From Lama guanicoe (taxonomy: Eukaryota), in the NCBI GenBank assembly GCA_013239625.1, contig MU055354.1, positions 620,001-684,000 of the forward strand: 64,000 nt of DNA. The letters are read 5' to 3'. The notes under the pieces are model-generated. The model was not told the origin of the DNA and did not search any database. It saw nothing but the letters and a program-made list of their open reading frames with translations. Numbering within the stretch: the stretch's first letter is position 1; each line of letters opens with the position of its first letter. Positions 1-11,840 of the stretch are shown here, one piece after another. Made by a program: the position numbers and the translations under genes.

Positions 1-3000
1 TGGGTGGCCCTCTGTCTCGGCCATAAAGGGACCATGCCTTAGAAATGTCCTCCTGGGTTTGGACAGGCCACAGAGATAGAGCACCCCTACTCCACAGGGC
101 CACCCACTTTTGCTTCCTCTCTGTCCACCCTCAATAGAGAGAGAAGGGGATGAATCTGCCTAGCAAGAGGGATTCAGGTTAGACAGCAGGTAGGACTTCC
201 CAGCAATACTTCGGGTGACCTGAGGGAGCAGAGGAACCACGAGAAGAAGGAGCTGTGCTCTTGACCTCATTTCCCCCATAACATACATGTATTGAACATA
301 TTCTCCTCAAAAGATTGGCCCCCTCTCATTCTCTAAAGAGTTCCTGCTGGAAAGTGTTAGCAGAGTCCAGGGTGTCCAAGCTTCCTACCACTCTCTAAAA
401 GTCCTTCCTCTCATATAACAACTATCCCTCCATAGAGCTATAGTTTGTATCCTGGAATTTTTCTAAGTAAAAATGCTTAATACACATGATATAATTCTAA
501 CAGCACAAAAAGGAAAGTGTGTCTCCTTCCCACCCCTGTTCAGTCACCCACCTCCTCTCCCAGTATACCTACTTGTATCTGTGGTCCTCTCTGAAACACT
601 CTGAATGCACCCAAGCACATATGTCTACACACACCACCCTCCTTCCATTTAAACACTGACCACAGCATTTTTAGCTCCTCTAGGCCAGGGGTCCTAGCCT
701 AAGCTCAAGAAGAACCTCAGGGGATCCTTGCACCTGCTTAAGTTGCATGCAGAATGCTGGCTAGGCACCCGGGCATGGTTTCTAGGAAGAAGGAATGTAT
801 TCAGAGCCACCTGGTCTAGCCCAGTTTCTCATTTTACAGAGAAAACTGAGGCCAGAGTGGGGGAAGAGCTATATCCAGGTTCCTCAGCATGGTGGAGGCC
901 CGTTAGGAGAATTTCAGGCTCCTCTAACACATGCCAAGGAGCCCGAGGGTCCCCAACAAGGACAGAGTCTAAGAGGGCTAATTGAGGCCAAGGTTGTAGC
1001 CAGGAAAAGTCAGCTTCATTTGAAAAGTTGTATTTAAGGGGCTGAGCCTGGGCTCACCAGGCCAGGAAAGCACTTCTGAGGTTCTCAGACCTCCTGTCAG
1101 GACCCTTCTCGCTGCTCAGTCTTGCAAGGACCTGTTGTGGCCCTGGGGGTGAGCCCCTGGATGAGAGGTGGAGACAGGGTCTGGATCACATGAAGGAACT
1201 TGCCCAGGTCTGCCCTCCCCCTCCCGCTGTTTTTGTTTGGACTCTGGAGCCTGAGCATCAACCTTCCATGGTTTCCTTACCCTCTAGGTGTTGGTGGGGT
1301 CTGGGCAGCGAAAGGCAGCCACCGACTGGGACCAATCCTCTGCCTCCACTAGTGGCTTGGAAGGGAAGCTCCCAGTGAAGCAGTTGGGGCAGGCACAAGG
1401 AAGTGGGAGGAAAGAGCACAGGAAAGGAAAGCAGGACGCTGGTGACAGCAGGTGGGAGAGGAGTGGGTTGCCTTTTGGGAACAGAAAGACCCAGACCCAG
1501 ACAGGAGCAGAAGAGGTGGGGAGAGGCCCCTGCTTCAACAGGGATGCCAGGACTGGGATGGGAGGGTCCAGGCGGACACTTAGGAATGTGCTCTCAGAGT
1601 CCCACTGAGCATATGCAGATGAAGCCTGTCTGTATGCAAATGAGACCGTCTGTATGCAGATGAGGAAAGAGGGCATTCTCTTCTCAGGGTTACCATAGAG
1701 CCCACCCCCACCCCCACCCCCCGCCCTTTCCCTCAGGGCCCCAGCTGCAGGGCAGCCTGGGAGGAGGCCAGGCCCGGGGAGGAGCAACCTGCAGTAGAAG
1801 GTTAGACTTCAGGAAGGACTTACAAAAGGAAAATGGCCAGTTCTGGGACAGAAACTGGAGATGAAATGGGGAATAGAGAGGGGCTGCTGAATAAACCAGG
1901 CAAAAAAGATGGAGGTAGACTGTGAAAGAACATTTGAATCACCCAGAAACACAGGCAGAAACCTTTGAGAGGGAGGCAGGAATGAAAAGAACTTCGACTG
2001 AGAATCCACTTTGTGCCAGGTGTCACATGGAGTGTCTTCCACTCCCAGTCTCATTGTTCCTGGTGATAACCCCATGAGGCCTTTCACAGATGAGGCCCAG
2101 ACAGACTGACACGTCCAGGTCACACAGTTTGCAAATGGCAACGCCCTGGCCTGTCTGACTCCATGGAAGGCAACCACAGCTTAGAACCTTCCTACTCCTT
2201 CCTAGCAAGCAGCTCCTCCTAACCTGAGAGGAATTGAAAAGCCTCAGGGTTTGGGAGGCTGTGCCTGGGTGAGGGTGCTGATAATACACTGACAGGAGGT
2301 GTGGCTGCCCTCAAGCCCCGATAGGTCCAGCAGAGGGCTGGGAACTGGCAGTGGAAGGTGAGGTGGGGCTGTTGGTGATAGCTGAGTGGGCAGAAACCAG
2401 GAGGAAGAAGACATCAGGGCTGGAAGGATGCCGGAGATAATACAATAAGGGAAACTGAGGCCCAGAGAGATGGAGAGGATTGCCCTCCTCACTCAGCGGA
2501 TCCAAGTCCAAGCTGGGCCTGAACCCAAGGTACTGGGCCCCCAGCCCAGGGCCCCTTCCCGGGAGTGCAGAGGCTGGGAGTGGGGGTGTCTTTGAGAATA
2601 GCCTCTCCTCTTCCTCCGGTGGCCCCCGGCCCCCCACATCCAATGGTGTAGCCAAGGCCTTTGTGGGGAAGCCGGGGGAAGAGAGGCCCCTTGTTGGCCC
2701 ATTCATCATGCCGGAGGCTCAGCCAATGCCAGCCCAGGCACCGGCTGGGCTTTCCTTCCTGGGGGTGCCAGCCCCCACCCGCTGCCACTGTCCTCTCCCC
2801 AGCTCTGTCGTTTCCTGGAGCCTCAGGACTTTGGCCCTGGTCCCGGCTGAAGGATGGCGGGGAGCCCCGGCCCCCGCGCTCCCCACACCTCGCCTTTCTC
2901 ACGCTGGCACCAGAGCCGTGGGAACGCTGGACGGCAGCTGGGCACCGGTGCCCGGTTCTGCCCACCCCCAGCCCGGCCGACCTCAGAGAGGGGAGAACAG

Positions 3001-5589
3001 GCTGCCCCCAAAAAAAGGCCCCTCCGGGATGGGGCCCTAGAAATCCTTAGCACTAATTATGAATCTGGGGACAAACAAGGCATTTGCAAGTCAATTAGTG
3101 ACAGAACTTTCCCAGGAAAGAGCTTCATCGAGGCTCAACTTCAGACAGGGCCACATGCTGGGTCATCTTGTCTCTCCCCCTGCCTCTGCCCTGCTTGAAG
3201 CTCAGGGATAGAGGCCGCCCAATGTTCTGCCAGCTCCTATGAGGCTGAGGGTCCCAGAGCCCTGAGTGGCATGAGGTGGGAAAGGGCAAGACAGCACACT
3301 GCTGAGGTCAGCTGGAGGTCACTATACGGCTGAACCAGGAGACATCTTGTCAGGGCCCTGGCCCCAGTACTACCTGTGACAGAAGCTGGTGGCTCCTGGA
3401 TGGAATTGCAGGGAGACAGCTGTCCCAGACAGGATGGCATGGACGGGTTGACAGGAAAATAGAAGTCACTGCATTGTGAAAGGGCCAGGGAGAGGTGCTT
3501 CCCAGAGGACACAGAGAAACCAGGACAAGAGGAGACCAAGAGAGAGACAAATGGTCCCAGGCATCCGAGCTTGTGCCCAGGCAGGAGGCACACAACCCGA
3601 TGGCTTTCAGCCACGCCCACGGGAACGTCAGGCCGACCGGCCTGCCATCTGGGGCCACTTCCCATAGAGAGGGAGACAGAGCCCATGAGGTGGCTGCTCC
3701 CAGGTGGGGAGGTCTTTAGCTGGGAGAGGGGCTCTCGCCTGAGAGGACCCCTTAATTGGGGGAAGAGAGCGAGGGAAGGGGCTGATGGAGGCAAAAGCCC
3801 TAGAGCCAGCCTCACCATCTGAGGGAGATTAAGGGATTATAATTAAAACACGTTTGAGGGACTCCAAGCAGGTGGGTTGGGGCTGGTGCTAATGATCTAA
3901 TTGCTGCCTTTAGCCAGGGCTTTAGCCAGGGCCTGGCTGCTGGGGCTTGGTAATGAGTGGGGGCGGTTTTTTTTTTTTTTTACAGGAGGGTGGGTAAGAA
4001 GAGGCGGAGTTGAGGGGCCAGGAGGGGCAGTCTTTTTCTTCACTTTGAACACCTCAGCTCACAGGGTCACGTGCCCCCCGAGAGGCTCCCCCGACTACCC
4101 TCCCTGAGAATCCAAGGGGGAGGCGGCAGCATAATGGAGTTCTGGGAGGCCTAGAGAAGAATTCTGGGGGCCAGGAATGAGCAAAGAGGATACTTAGGTC
4201 CCTACAGAGAGGGGACACTGAGACAGGGGATGGTCAGGGTCTCCTTGGAACAATTGTAACAGCCAACAGTAACTGCGAATGTACTGTGTGCCAAGCACTG
4301 TACAAAACATTTTATAATTGGATTTAACCCTCACAACACGGTCAAGTAGGTCTCCCTCCCAGGACCAGAGCTGGGCCCAGCCCCCTGGCTAAGCAAACAC
4401 CAAGGGTCACTGACCAGGGGTGGTTCCTTTTAGACCCATCCTTTCTAAGAAGAGATAGATGGACAAACCCTCTCTAGACTCTGAGAGACCTCAGGCTGAG
4501 AGTCAAAAGCATGCAGATTACAGCCTAAAGTCCCCTGACTGTGGGAGTCCAGTGTCACTTAGGCGGTGCTGCCCCCTCTCCTTCCTCATATTCAGAAAGC
4601 ACACTAGGAAACTGGACACACATCAGGGGTCACACCACTAAGCCTTGGCACATGCTGTTCCTTCTGCTTAGAAAGCCATCCCTTCTGCTCTATTTCTGCC
4701 CTTCTGAGAGGTCGTCCTCTCCCCTCCAATCTCTGGATCCCCTGAGAGTTGAGGGTTATCTCTGGCCACCTTGAGCCTGGCTGAGAAGGTGCTTAACATG
4801 CATTTAGGAAACAAATGAATGGCCCAGTGAGGGGCGGCTGTTTACTCTTATACCTAAAGGCCTGAATGATTCTGGGAGGAAACACTAGAACATTGGTTGT
4901 CTCTCAGATGAGAAATGGGTGGTGGAGGCAGACGCAAGAGAGAAACTTTAATATGTAGTATACCCTTTTGTGCCTCTAGAGTTTTGTGCCTTTAAAGTGA
5001 AGAAATTACTTAGAAATAAATCTGATTTTATTTAAAACGTTGCATCTTTTTTAAAGGCTTGGGAAAGACAGTGTTTAACTCTGAAGGCTAGAGCAGAAGA
5101 GAACCCCTGAGACCCCTCACTGGGAACGAGACAGGGGACTTCCCCATCTCTCTGCCTCCCCTTCTCCCACCCTGCTCCTGCCTCCTCCCAGGGCCTGGAC
5201 ATGGCACCCCACACTCTGCCCAGGTCCTCCAAGAGCCTTTCATCAGGAGGGAGTCCAGAGCAGAAGCACCCCCTTCCTATCCAGTGAGCATTGTAGACAG
5301 AGGCCCCATGCACATGGGCAAGTCACTGAGATCCCCGAGCCAGCATCTGCCCTTGTGAGGGGCTGCTCTCGCCTGGAGAGCTCTGGGAGCTCCCACTTAC
5401 TCTCCTCTGCCCATGCACAAGGGACTTTTGCTGCAGCCCTAGCCGCCCCACTAATCAGCCGTGTGCTCTCTCCTGGGCCAACTCCCCTCTCTGCTCGTCA
5501 GTGTCCCATCTGGGACATGGGTCCATCCCTGCCCTTCCTCCCCCTGTATGGGTGAGCTGAGGATAAAGGAGCTCTGGTCACCCAGTCTT

Positions 5590-5735
5590 GGCGTTCTTAT
5601 CTGAAAAATGGGGATACAAACAATAGTGATTTGCCAGAGCTGTTGGGGGAATTAAATGAGATAATGTATGTAAAGTGCTTGGCGCAGCAGGGGCTCGAAG
5701 CTGGGGCTCATAAGTGGTGGCTGTTATTATAGTTA
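5590..5735. repeat. MIR SINE (representative; other MIR remnants near 820, 2080, 4270, 6660, 15400, 18200, 23260, 25050, 27990, 39950, 47250, 52450, 60400 and 60800)
   Basis: MIR core ATCTGAAAAATGGGATA...ATTAAATGAGATAATGTATGTAAAGTGCTT. Confidence 0.7.
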
Positions 5736-8604
5736 TTAAATGGGAGGGACCCTGCAAAATGTGCTAGCCTGGGGAAGGGACTCCTCATTATTGCTCTGGC
5801 TGGGAATAATGAGGCCTTGTGGTAATAGCCCCTCACACTCCCAGGCCCCTTTTGACAAAAGGACACAGCGGCTGCAAACGGGCGACAAAGTGAGAAGTGA
5901 ATGGAGCATAATGGGACACTTAGGGGCTTAGCCCAGGCTAGGGGGTGCTGGGAAGGACCCTCCGGCTGTGGCTCCAGGTGCTGAAGGACCCCACATGCCA
6001 GAAACCCAAGCCGATAGGCCGCCCTTTCTCTGCTTCAAGATGGCTCGGCCAAGAGCCTTCAGCTGCAAACTCGGGTCATCTGAACCTTCCCTAATATGGT
6101 CCGAGCGCCCCTAAGCACCAGGCGCTGCTCTGTGTGCCAGGCCACCAGCCTGCACCAACAGACCCCAGGACCTCTGGCCTCGTGAATCTAGTGTGGGAGA
6201 CTGACACGAATCCAAACAAATAAGCAAAATATGTAGAGATAGTGATGAATGGTCTGGAGAAAAACAGAAAAGGAAAGGGGACATACGGGCTAGGGTCAGA
6301 GTGGTGAATTCAACTTAAAATAAGGTGCTTCAGGAAGGCCAGATTTTTTTCAACCTTTCCTTGTGGCAAATTTTAAATAGATGAAAAAAATTAACAGACT
6401 AGTATAATAAACCCCCACCTACCCATCATCCAGCTTCAACAATTGCCAATCTTGTTTCATCTGCACCTACACCTACTCTCCCCCACCTCCCATGTCATTT
6501 TGAAGCAAAGCCTAGTCTTCTTCTTTCCTGGAGGATGTGGTTTGAGCAAAGACCAGAGGAGATGAGGAAGCCAGCCATATGGTCATTGGGGAGTGAGCAT
6601 TCCAGGCAGAGGGAGCAAGTGCAAAGGCCCTGTGCCTGGAATTGGAAGATCAGGCCCTAATCTCAGCTTTGCCTCTACTGGCTGAGTAAATTTACATGCA
6701 TCTCTGAACCTCAGTTTTGTCATCTGTAAAATGAGGCTGATGCCCTTACCCTACACGGAGTCTGTAGGAGTGAAATGAAAATCTGCAAGTGTTTCATAAA
6801 GCAGAGCAATGTGGCAGGGTGAAGGTCTACTCTTAGAAACTCAGTGTCTTGGTGGAGGTGATGCAAGGCCCCAGATACCCAAGGCCAGGTGGGAAGAGGG
6901 TCTGGGGGTGGTTTCCTGCAGAAGCCTACCCCCAAACTTAGTCTAGCAGGCCATGGTGAGGGGGCAGAGGCTCGAGCCCAGAGCTTGGCCATGTTTGCTA
7001 GCTTACCCCTCACCCTGACGCCTATGGATGGGCCACAGGATCCCAGGCTGGTGGAAACAAGAGAAGGGCCAAAGGCCTGAATGGCCAACTGTTCTCTGAG
7101 GAGGCTTGGCCTCCTTTAAAGACCCTTATCACCACCTCCACCTCCCTCCCAGGGTGATTATCACCCAGAGGGGCCTTTTCTGGGGGACACAAAGAGACCT
7201 TCAACTCTCATCCTCTAGGCAGGATAATGGGCCATTCACACCGAGGGGACCCCAGCCCCACACCTGGTCCTCTCAGGCAGCCCCCGACAGCCCCATTGTC
7301 CCAGGCCCGCCTTGTATGCCTTGCACCCGAGTGGCAGGGGCAGGGAAGCCCGAGCCCCCAGCTGGGGCACTCCTGGCCCTTCCCCCACCTCTCCAGCCGC
7401 AGGACTCTGGGTTCGGTTTGGGGGGAGGTGGGCCCACCATTCATCCCACACCCGCTCACTCGGAATTTCACTCCTCTCGAAAGTCCTTACAGGGCGATGG
7501 GAAAATGGGAGGGAATAATTAGGAAAATCATTAGCGTCTCAAGGCCCATCTGAGAGGGATTAAGGGATTAAAAGCCTTCCAACCAATCTCTCCTACTTTA
7601 AGGTTGTTGTAGGGGTTTTGTTTTCGGGACTTTTTTTTTCCCCTCTTCTTTTTTCCTGGATTGGGGGTGACTAAAGTCTTGGTGGATCCTTCCTTCAAAA
7701 GCTGCAGGAAAAAGTCAAGACATTGAAGTCTGAGTAGAGAAAAATAGGGGAAAAGCAGGTGTGTGGGGGAGGGTCCCTTCCCAGGCCCTCCTGGGCTGCC
7801 TTGGGCCACTTCTCCGGACATAAGTGGATGGGGAGGGGGTGCAGCGGCCAGGCTGGGCCGGAGAGGAAACCCAGACAGGCCTGCTGAGAGCAGACTGGCT
7901 CCCTTGGAAGGCCCCTCAGGGGCCCAGCCCTGCCTACCAGGCCACCTACCACCTCCTCCGCATCCTGGCCAACTGGGTCCAACTGAGGTAAAATGGACCA
8001 AGGGCTCCTTGCCACACATCCTGCTCTGGAAGCCCAAGGCTGGAGGTGAGAGACGAGGGAGTGAGGCAGGAGCAAGGCGGGAGCGAAGAGGGAAGAAAGC
8101 CTGATTGGGTTTTTACTGTTTGCAGTAAGCGACACACAGCCTCTGTCTTCAAGCAATGCCCCGTCCAGTGGCTGTGAGCAGGTAGATGAACAGCTGGAAA
8201 TGTGGCAAGGGGAGGGGGGTCTGCAGAGAAGGCAGATCTCTGGGGACTGGAAGGGATGATTTATTTATGAGAGGATCCCTAAGGCCTGGCACCTGGTAGG
8301 TACTCAGCAGTTCTGAGGTAAATATTCCACTTGGATCCTTTTTTTAGGGAATGTCTCACTGTCTCACTGAAATGATCCCCCAAATACAGAAGAGGACATT
8401 CCAATACCATATCGCCTGGCTTAAGGCTAAGCTGGAATTTGGGTTGCTGGAGAGCAGGGGTGCACATTAGGGGGAGCATCCAAGCTCTCCCTAGTCTCCA
8501 CGAGCTCCATCCAGTCCCAGCCCTGATCATTCTGGGGAAGAAAGATACTGGCATCACATGGCTCACACAGTCCTTCTCTCTTTCGCACATACAAACACGT
8601 GCAT

Positions 8605-8610
8605 ACACAC

Positions 8611-8648
<38 letters not shown>
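8605..8648. repeat. (CA)n microsatellite, ~22 units with one interruption
   Basis: Read directly from the sequence. Confidence 0.97.
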
Positions 8649-8650
<2 letters not shown>

Positions 8651-11249
8651 TTCCAGTTTTGGGGTCCCTTAGAGTGAAGGCTCCCCCTCCATTTCTCTGG
8701 AAGTCTCAGCTAAACCCCCTTCTAACCTCTGCACACACTAACCCTTGCCTTGATGGCCTGAAGCGAAGTGGGGCTGGCAGAGAAAGGAAGCAGCCCTTCC
8801 CAAGATGGAGGCTGGCAGAAGCCAATCCGGAGTCCGCACCTCGCCGGTGGTGCGGGTGATAGATGCTGGCGGCTACAGCCCGCTACGGCATTAATAATCA
8901 CGTTTATAAATGATCTTAATTAGCAACTGCCAACAAGAAGCCCGGTACTAATTCTACCAATAATCGAGGCTTGCGGGGCACAGACAGGAACGAGAGTGAA
9001 GGGATGGATGGCTGGCAGACCCTGGTATAGCTTCCAGATACTGTGTAGCTGTAGGTTTGAGCTACAGCGGAGGTCAGCCTGAATGGCTGGAGAGATGGGG
9101 AGAAACGGGACCCTGCCCCCCACTGGCTCCCACACCAGGGTTCCTTGACCCCCCACGGAGCAGCCTCCTCAGATGGTGTTGGGACAAAATGAAGCGTGAG
9201 GAATTGCAGGGGGGAGGGGTAGACCTCTGTCTGTGCCTTCAGAGCCAGAACCCAGACAGCAGCCTGTGGAATGAAGGCGAGTCTGTAAAAGCCCGAGTGA
9301 AATGAGCTAGAAGGGGATTGGGAACAAGCCCTACAGTGTCCTGGAGCCACATTCCTTGCTCTGGGGAGACGGAGATGGATGGTGCTGAGCTGGAAAGGAG
9401 GGGACACTGGGGTAGGGGGGGCAGTTTCTCCAGCTGAGGGCTCTCCTGCCAAGAAGAGCAGGGTGGGAAAAGCAAATTTAAGAATCCAGACGATGCCCAA
9501 GCACAACAAAGCCCACTTCCTCTCTCAGCCTCAGAGCCAAGCTGGGTCTGCTTGGGTCCTGCCTAGGGACCCAAAGACCATCCAGAGCCCAGGAAATCCA
9601 GGCCAGAGAAAGAGGGCCACCTTCAAGTCAGGGAGCTCTCATCAGCTCTCTTTTGGGGAACACCCCAAACAAGGGAATCTGCAAGTGCCCTGGAAGAGAA
9701 GAGGGAGGGTCAAGGAAGGGAGGATGCTCTGGGGCTCAGGTGGGTGGAAGCTATAGCCAGGTGTGGAGACGTATGAGGAGTTGGGTTTGACTGCTTTCAG
9801 AGGTGGATTTAGGGTCTCTGGAGGAGCATCCCCGAGGCTGGGCAGCCCAAGGTCAGAATGATTTGGAGGGTTCCGGGTTGGAGCAGAGACCCAGTGGGTA
9901 GTTGTAGGAGGGCCCACTTCCAAAGGGGAGGAGTTGGGGCAGGCAGAACTCTGGCTGCTTCCCTGAAATGCCTCAGCTCCCAGCCCACATCCCCTGACCC
10001 CAACTTTCCTCTTATCTAATAGTCTCCCAAATGCCATCCTAGAAGGCCAGGCTCCACTGCCCACCACCTCACTTCTACCTCCCTAGAATAGGGTTGCCAT
10101 GCATGTTGTGCCTGGGTCCTCAAAGAGGCCAGGGGGACTGAAGGAAGAGCTCCATCTTAGTTGAAGCCTGGGCCAAACCAGAAATGAACAGGCCTCTGAG
10201 GCAGCACTAGGACCCCTGCTCCCTGAAAGACTGCTCTACCAGCATCTTCTCCCTCCTCTCCCCACTCAACTCAATTCTGTCCTGCCTCACTGGGACTGAA
10301 GACCTGAACTTCCTGGGACAGTTCTCATTTTGATGTTGCCCCAGTTGATTTTGCCCTGAAAACCTTATGAGTCCCAGAAGCATCATTGCTTCAAGGGCCC
10401 AGGGAGCATCTCTGAAATAGCTCCTCACCTGAGTGGCATCAGTCCCTCATCACAAGTCTATATGGGAGCTGAGGAAAGGTGAACTCAGGTCTGACAACTT
10501 GCAGAGCCGAAAACCCATTTTGACATGAGTTCAACCTGTAAGCATCCAAGAGCAGGGGCCAAGTTCCCAGCTAGAATGGACTCTGCTCCCAGCGTAAAGT
10601 CCCTTGCCCACCATCCAGGTATTTTCACCAGTGTTGGACTGGTGCCATCTGTCAGATGGACACAGGCTCCTGGGCTGGGGGTAGAGGGATGTGCTTGTTT
10701 CACTTTTGGTGGCAACCCCCCACATCTTGGAGAAGCTTATTTCAGTCCTGCATGGCTAGCAATTCTCCCAGAAAAAGGTGGGCCTTTTTAACTGGTGGTG
10801 GATGGCAGAAGGAAGCAGGAAGGAAGGCCTGAACTGGGCCCTGGGCTCATAGGTCAGAGAGGATCCCTTGGTGCATCTCTATCCAATAACCTGCTTTGGG
10901 GAAACTTTGAGTATTTCCGTCAAGGTTCTGGAAGGGAATTGGCTCCAGAGACACCTCTGGTCAATGTTAACATGAAAAAATGGATGGAGATGGGGAGGGT
11001 GGTTAACAGGTAGGAAGAACGGGAAAAGCACTAACTATGGGCCAGGTTTAACCTCCAGGAGACAGAGGCTCAGAGGTATGAACTGATTTATGCAGGCCAC
11101 CAAACTAGGAAGTGGGGGAGCCCAACTGGGGGCCCATCACGATCTGTCCCCAAAGTCAAGGCTCTGTGGGGAGAGGAGTAGGTATGGAGGGAACAGGTGA
11201 CCACCCCTCCTTGGCCCCAAGGCCTGGTTTGGGTCACTTTCTGCCTTCC

Positions 11250-11840
11250 TCTTCACGCTGGCAAACTCGACCGGCGATCAGACGGCGGCACATAGACAAT
11301 GGCGCTCTGTCCAGGGCGGGCGCTCCGGGACGACAGCTCATCCCTATGCAGTGACCGCCTCCCCCACCCCGGCCTGGCCGCCAGCCCCTTTCAGGCGATG
11401 GAAGCCGGGGCGGCGGCGGAGGGGGATTCTCACAAGCCGTTGGACATTTGCATAGCCGGCTCGCCCGCCCGGAGACATTGGCCCGCATTGTTCGCGGGCG
11501 GCGGCGGCTGCGGCGGGCGCGCGGGCCGGGGCGCGCGGGGCGGCGCGGCGGACCGGCTGGGAGCGCGCGGGAGGGCCAGACAAAGGGGACGGGGCGCCCA
11601 GGCCCGGGCGGCGGCGGGTAGGGGAGATCCTGGCGGTGGGAGAGAAATATCGGGGTGAGGTGGGGGGAACGCGGCTGCGGAGTTAAGTCTGCCCCGGGAC
11701 CGCCACCGCCTCCCACTTCGGACACCCACGCCGTGTCTAATTCCTCTCCGAGCTGGGGCCACCGCGCGCCGTGATTTGAATCCCAATAGAGGGAGATCTC
11801 AGGCCTTTCCCAGGCTGCGCAGGTTTCGAGCGCCGGGTCC
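11250..11840. promoter_or_regulatory. Orphan CpG island with RBPJ, octamer and SOX motifs (candidate enhancer/promoter)
   Basis: Very high GC and CpG density with no credible CDS. ACAATGG 11296-11302, TTCTCACA 11427-11434, ATTTGCAT 11446-11453, CATTGTT 11486-11492. Confidence 0.7.

Noticed and set aside
3908-3931. 12-bp tandem duplication CTTTAGCCAGGG x2
   Set aside because: Simple local slippage with no recognisable motif.
11234-11786. Overlapping Pro/Arg/Gly/Ala-rich ORFs in the CpG island (and similar ones at 2480-3200 and 7100-8150)
   Set aside because: Stop-codon scarcity in GC-rich DNA; mostly non-ATG starts, no splice-consistent structure and no homology I recognise.
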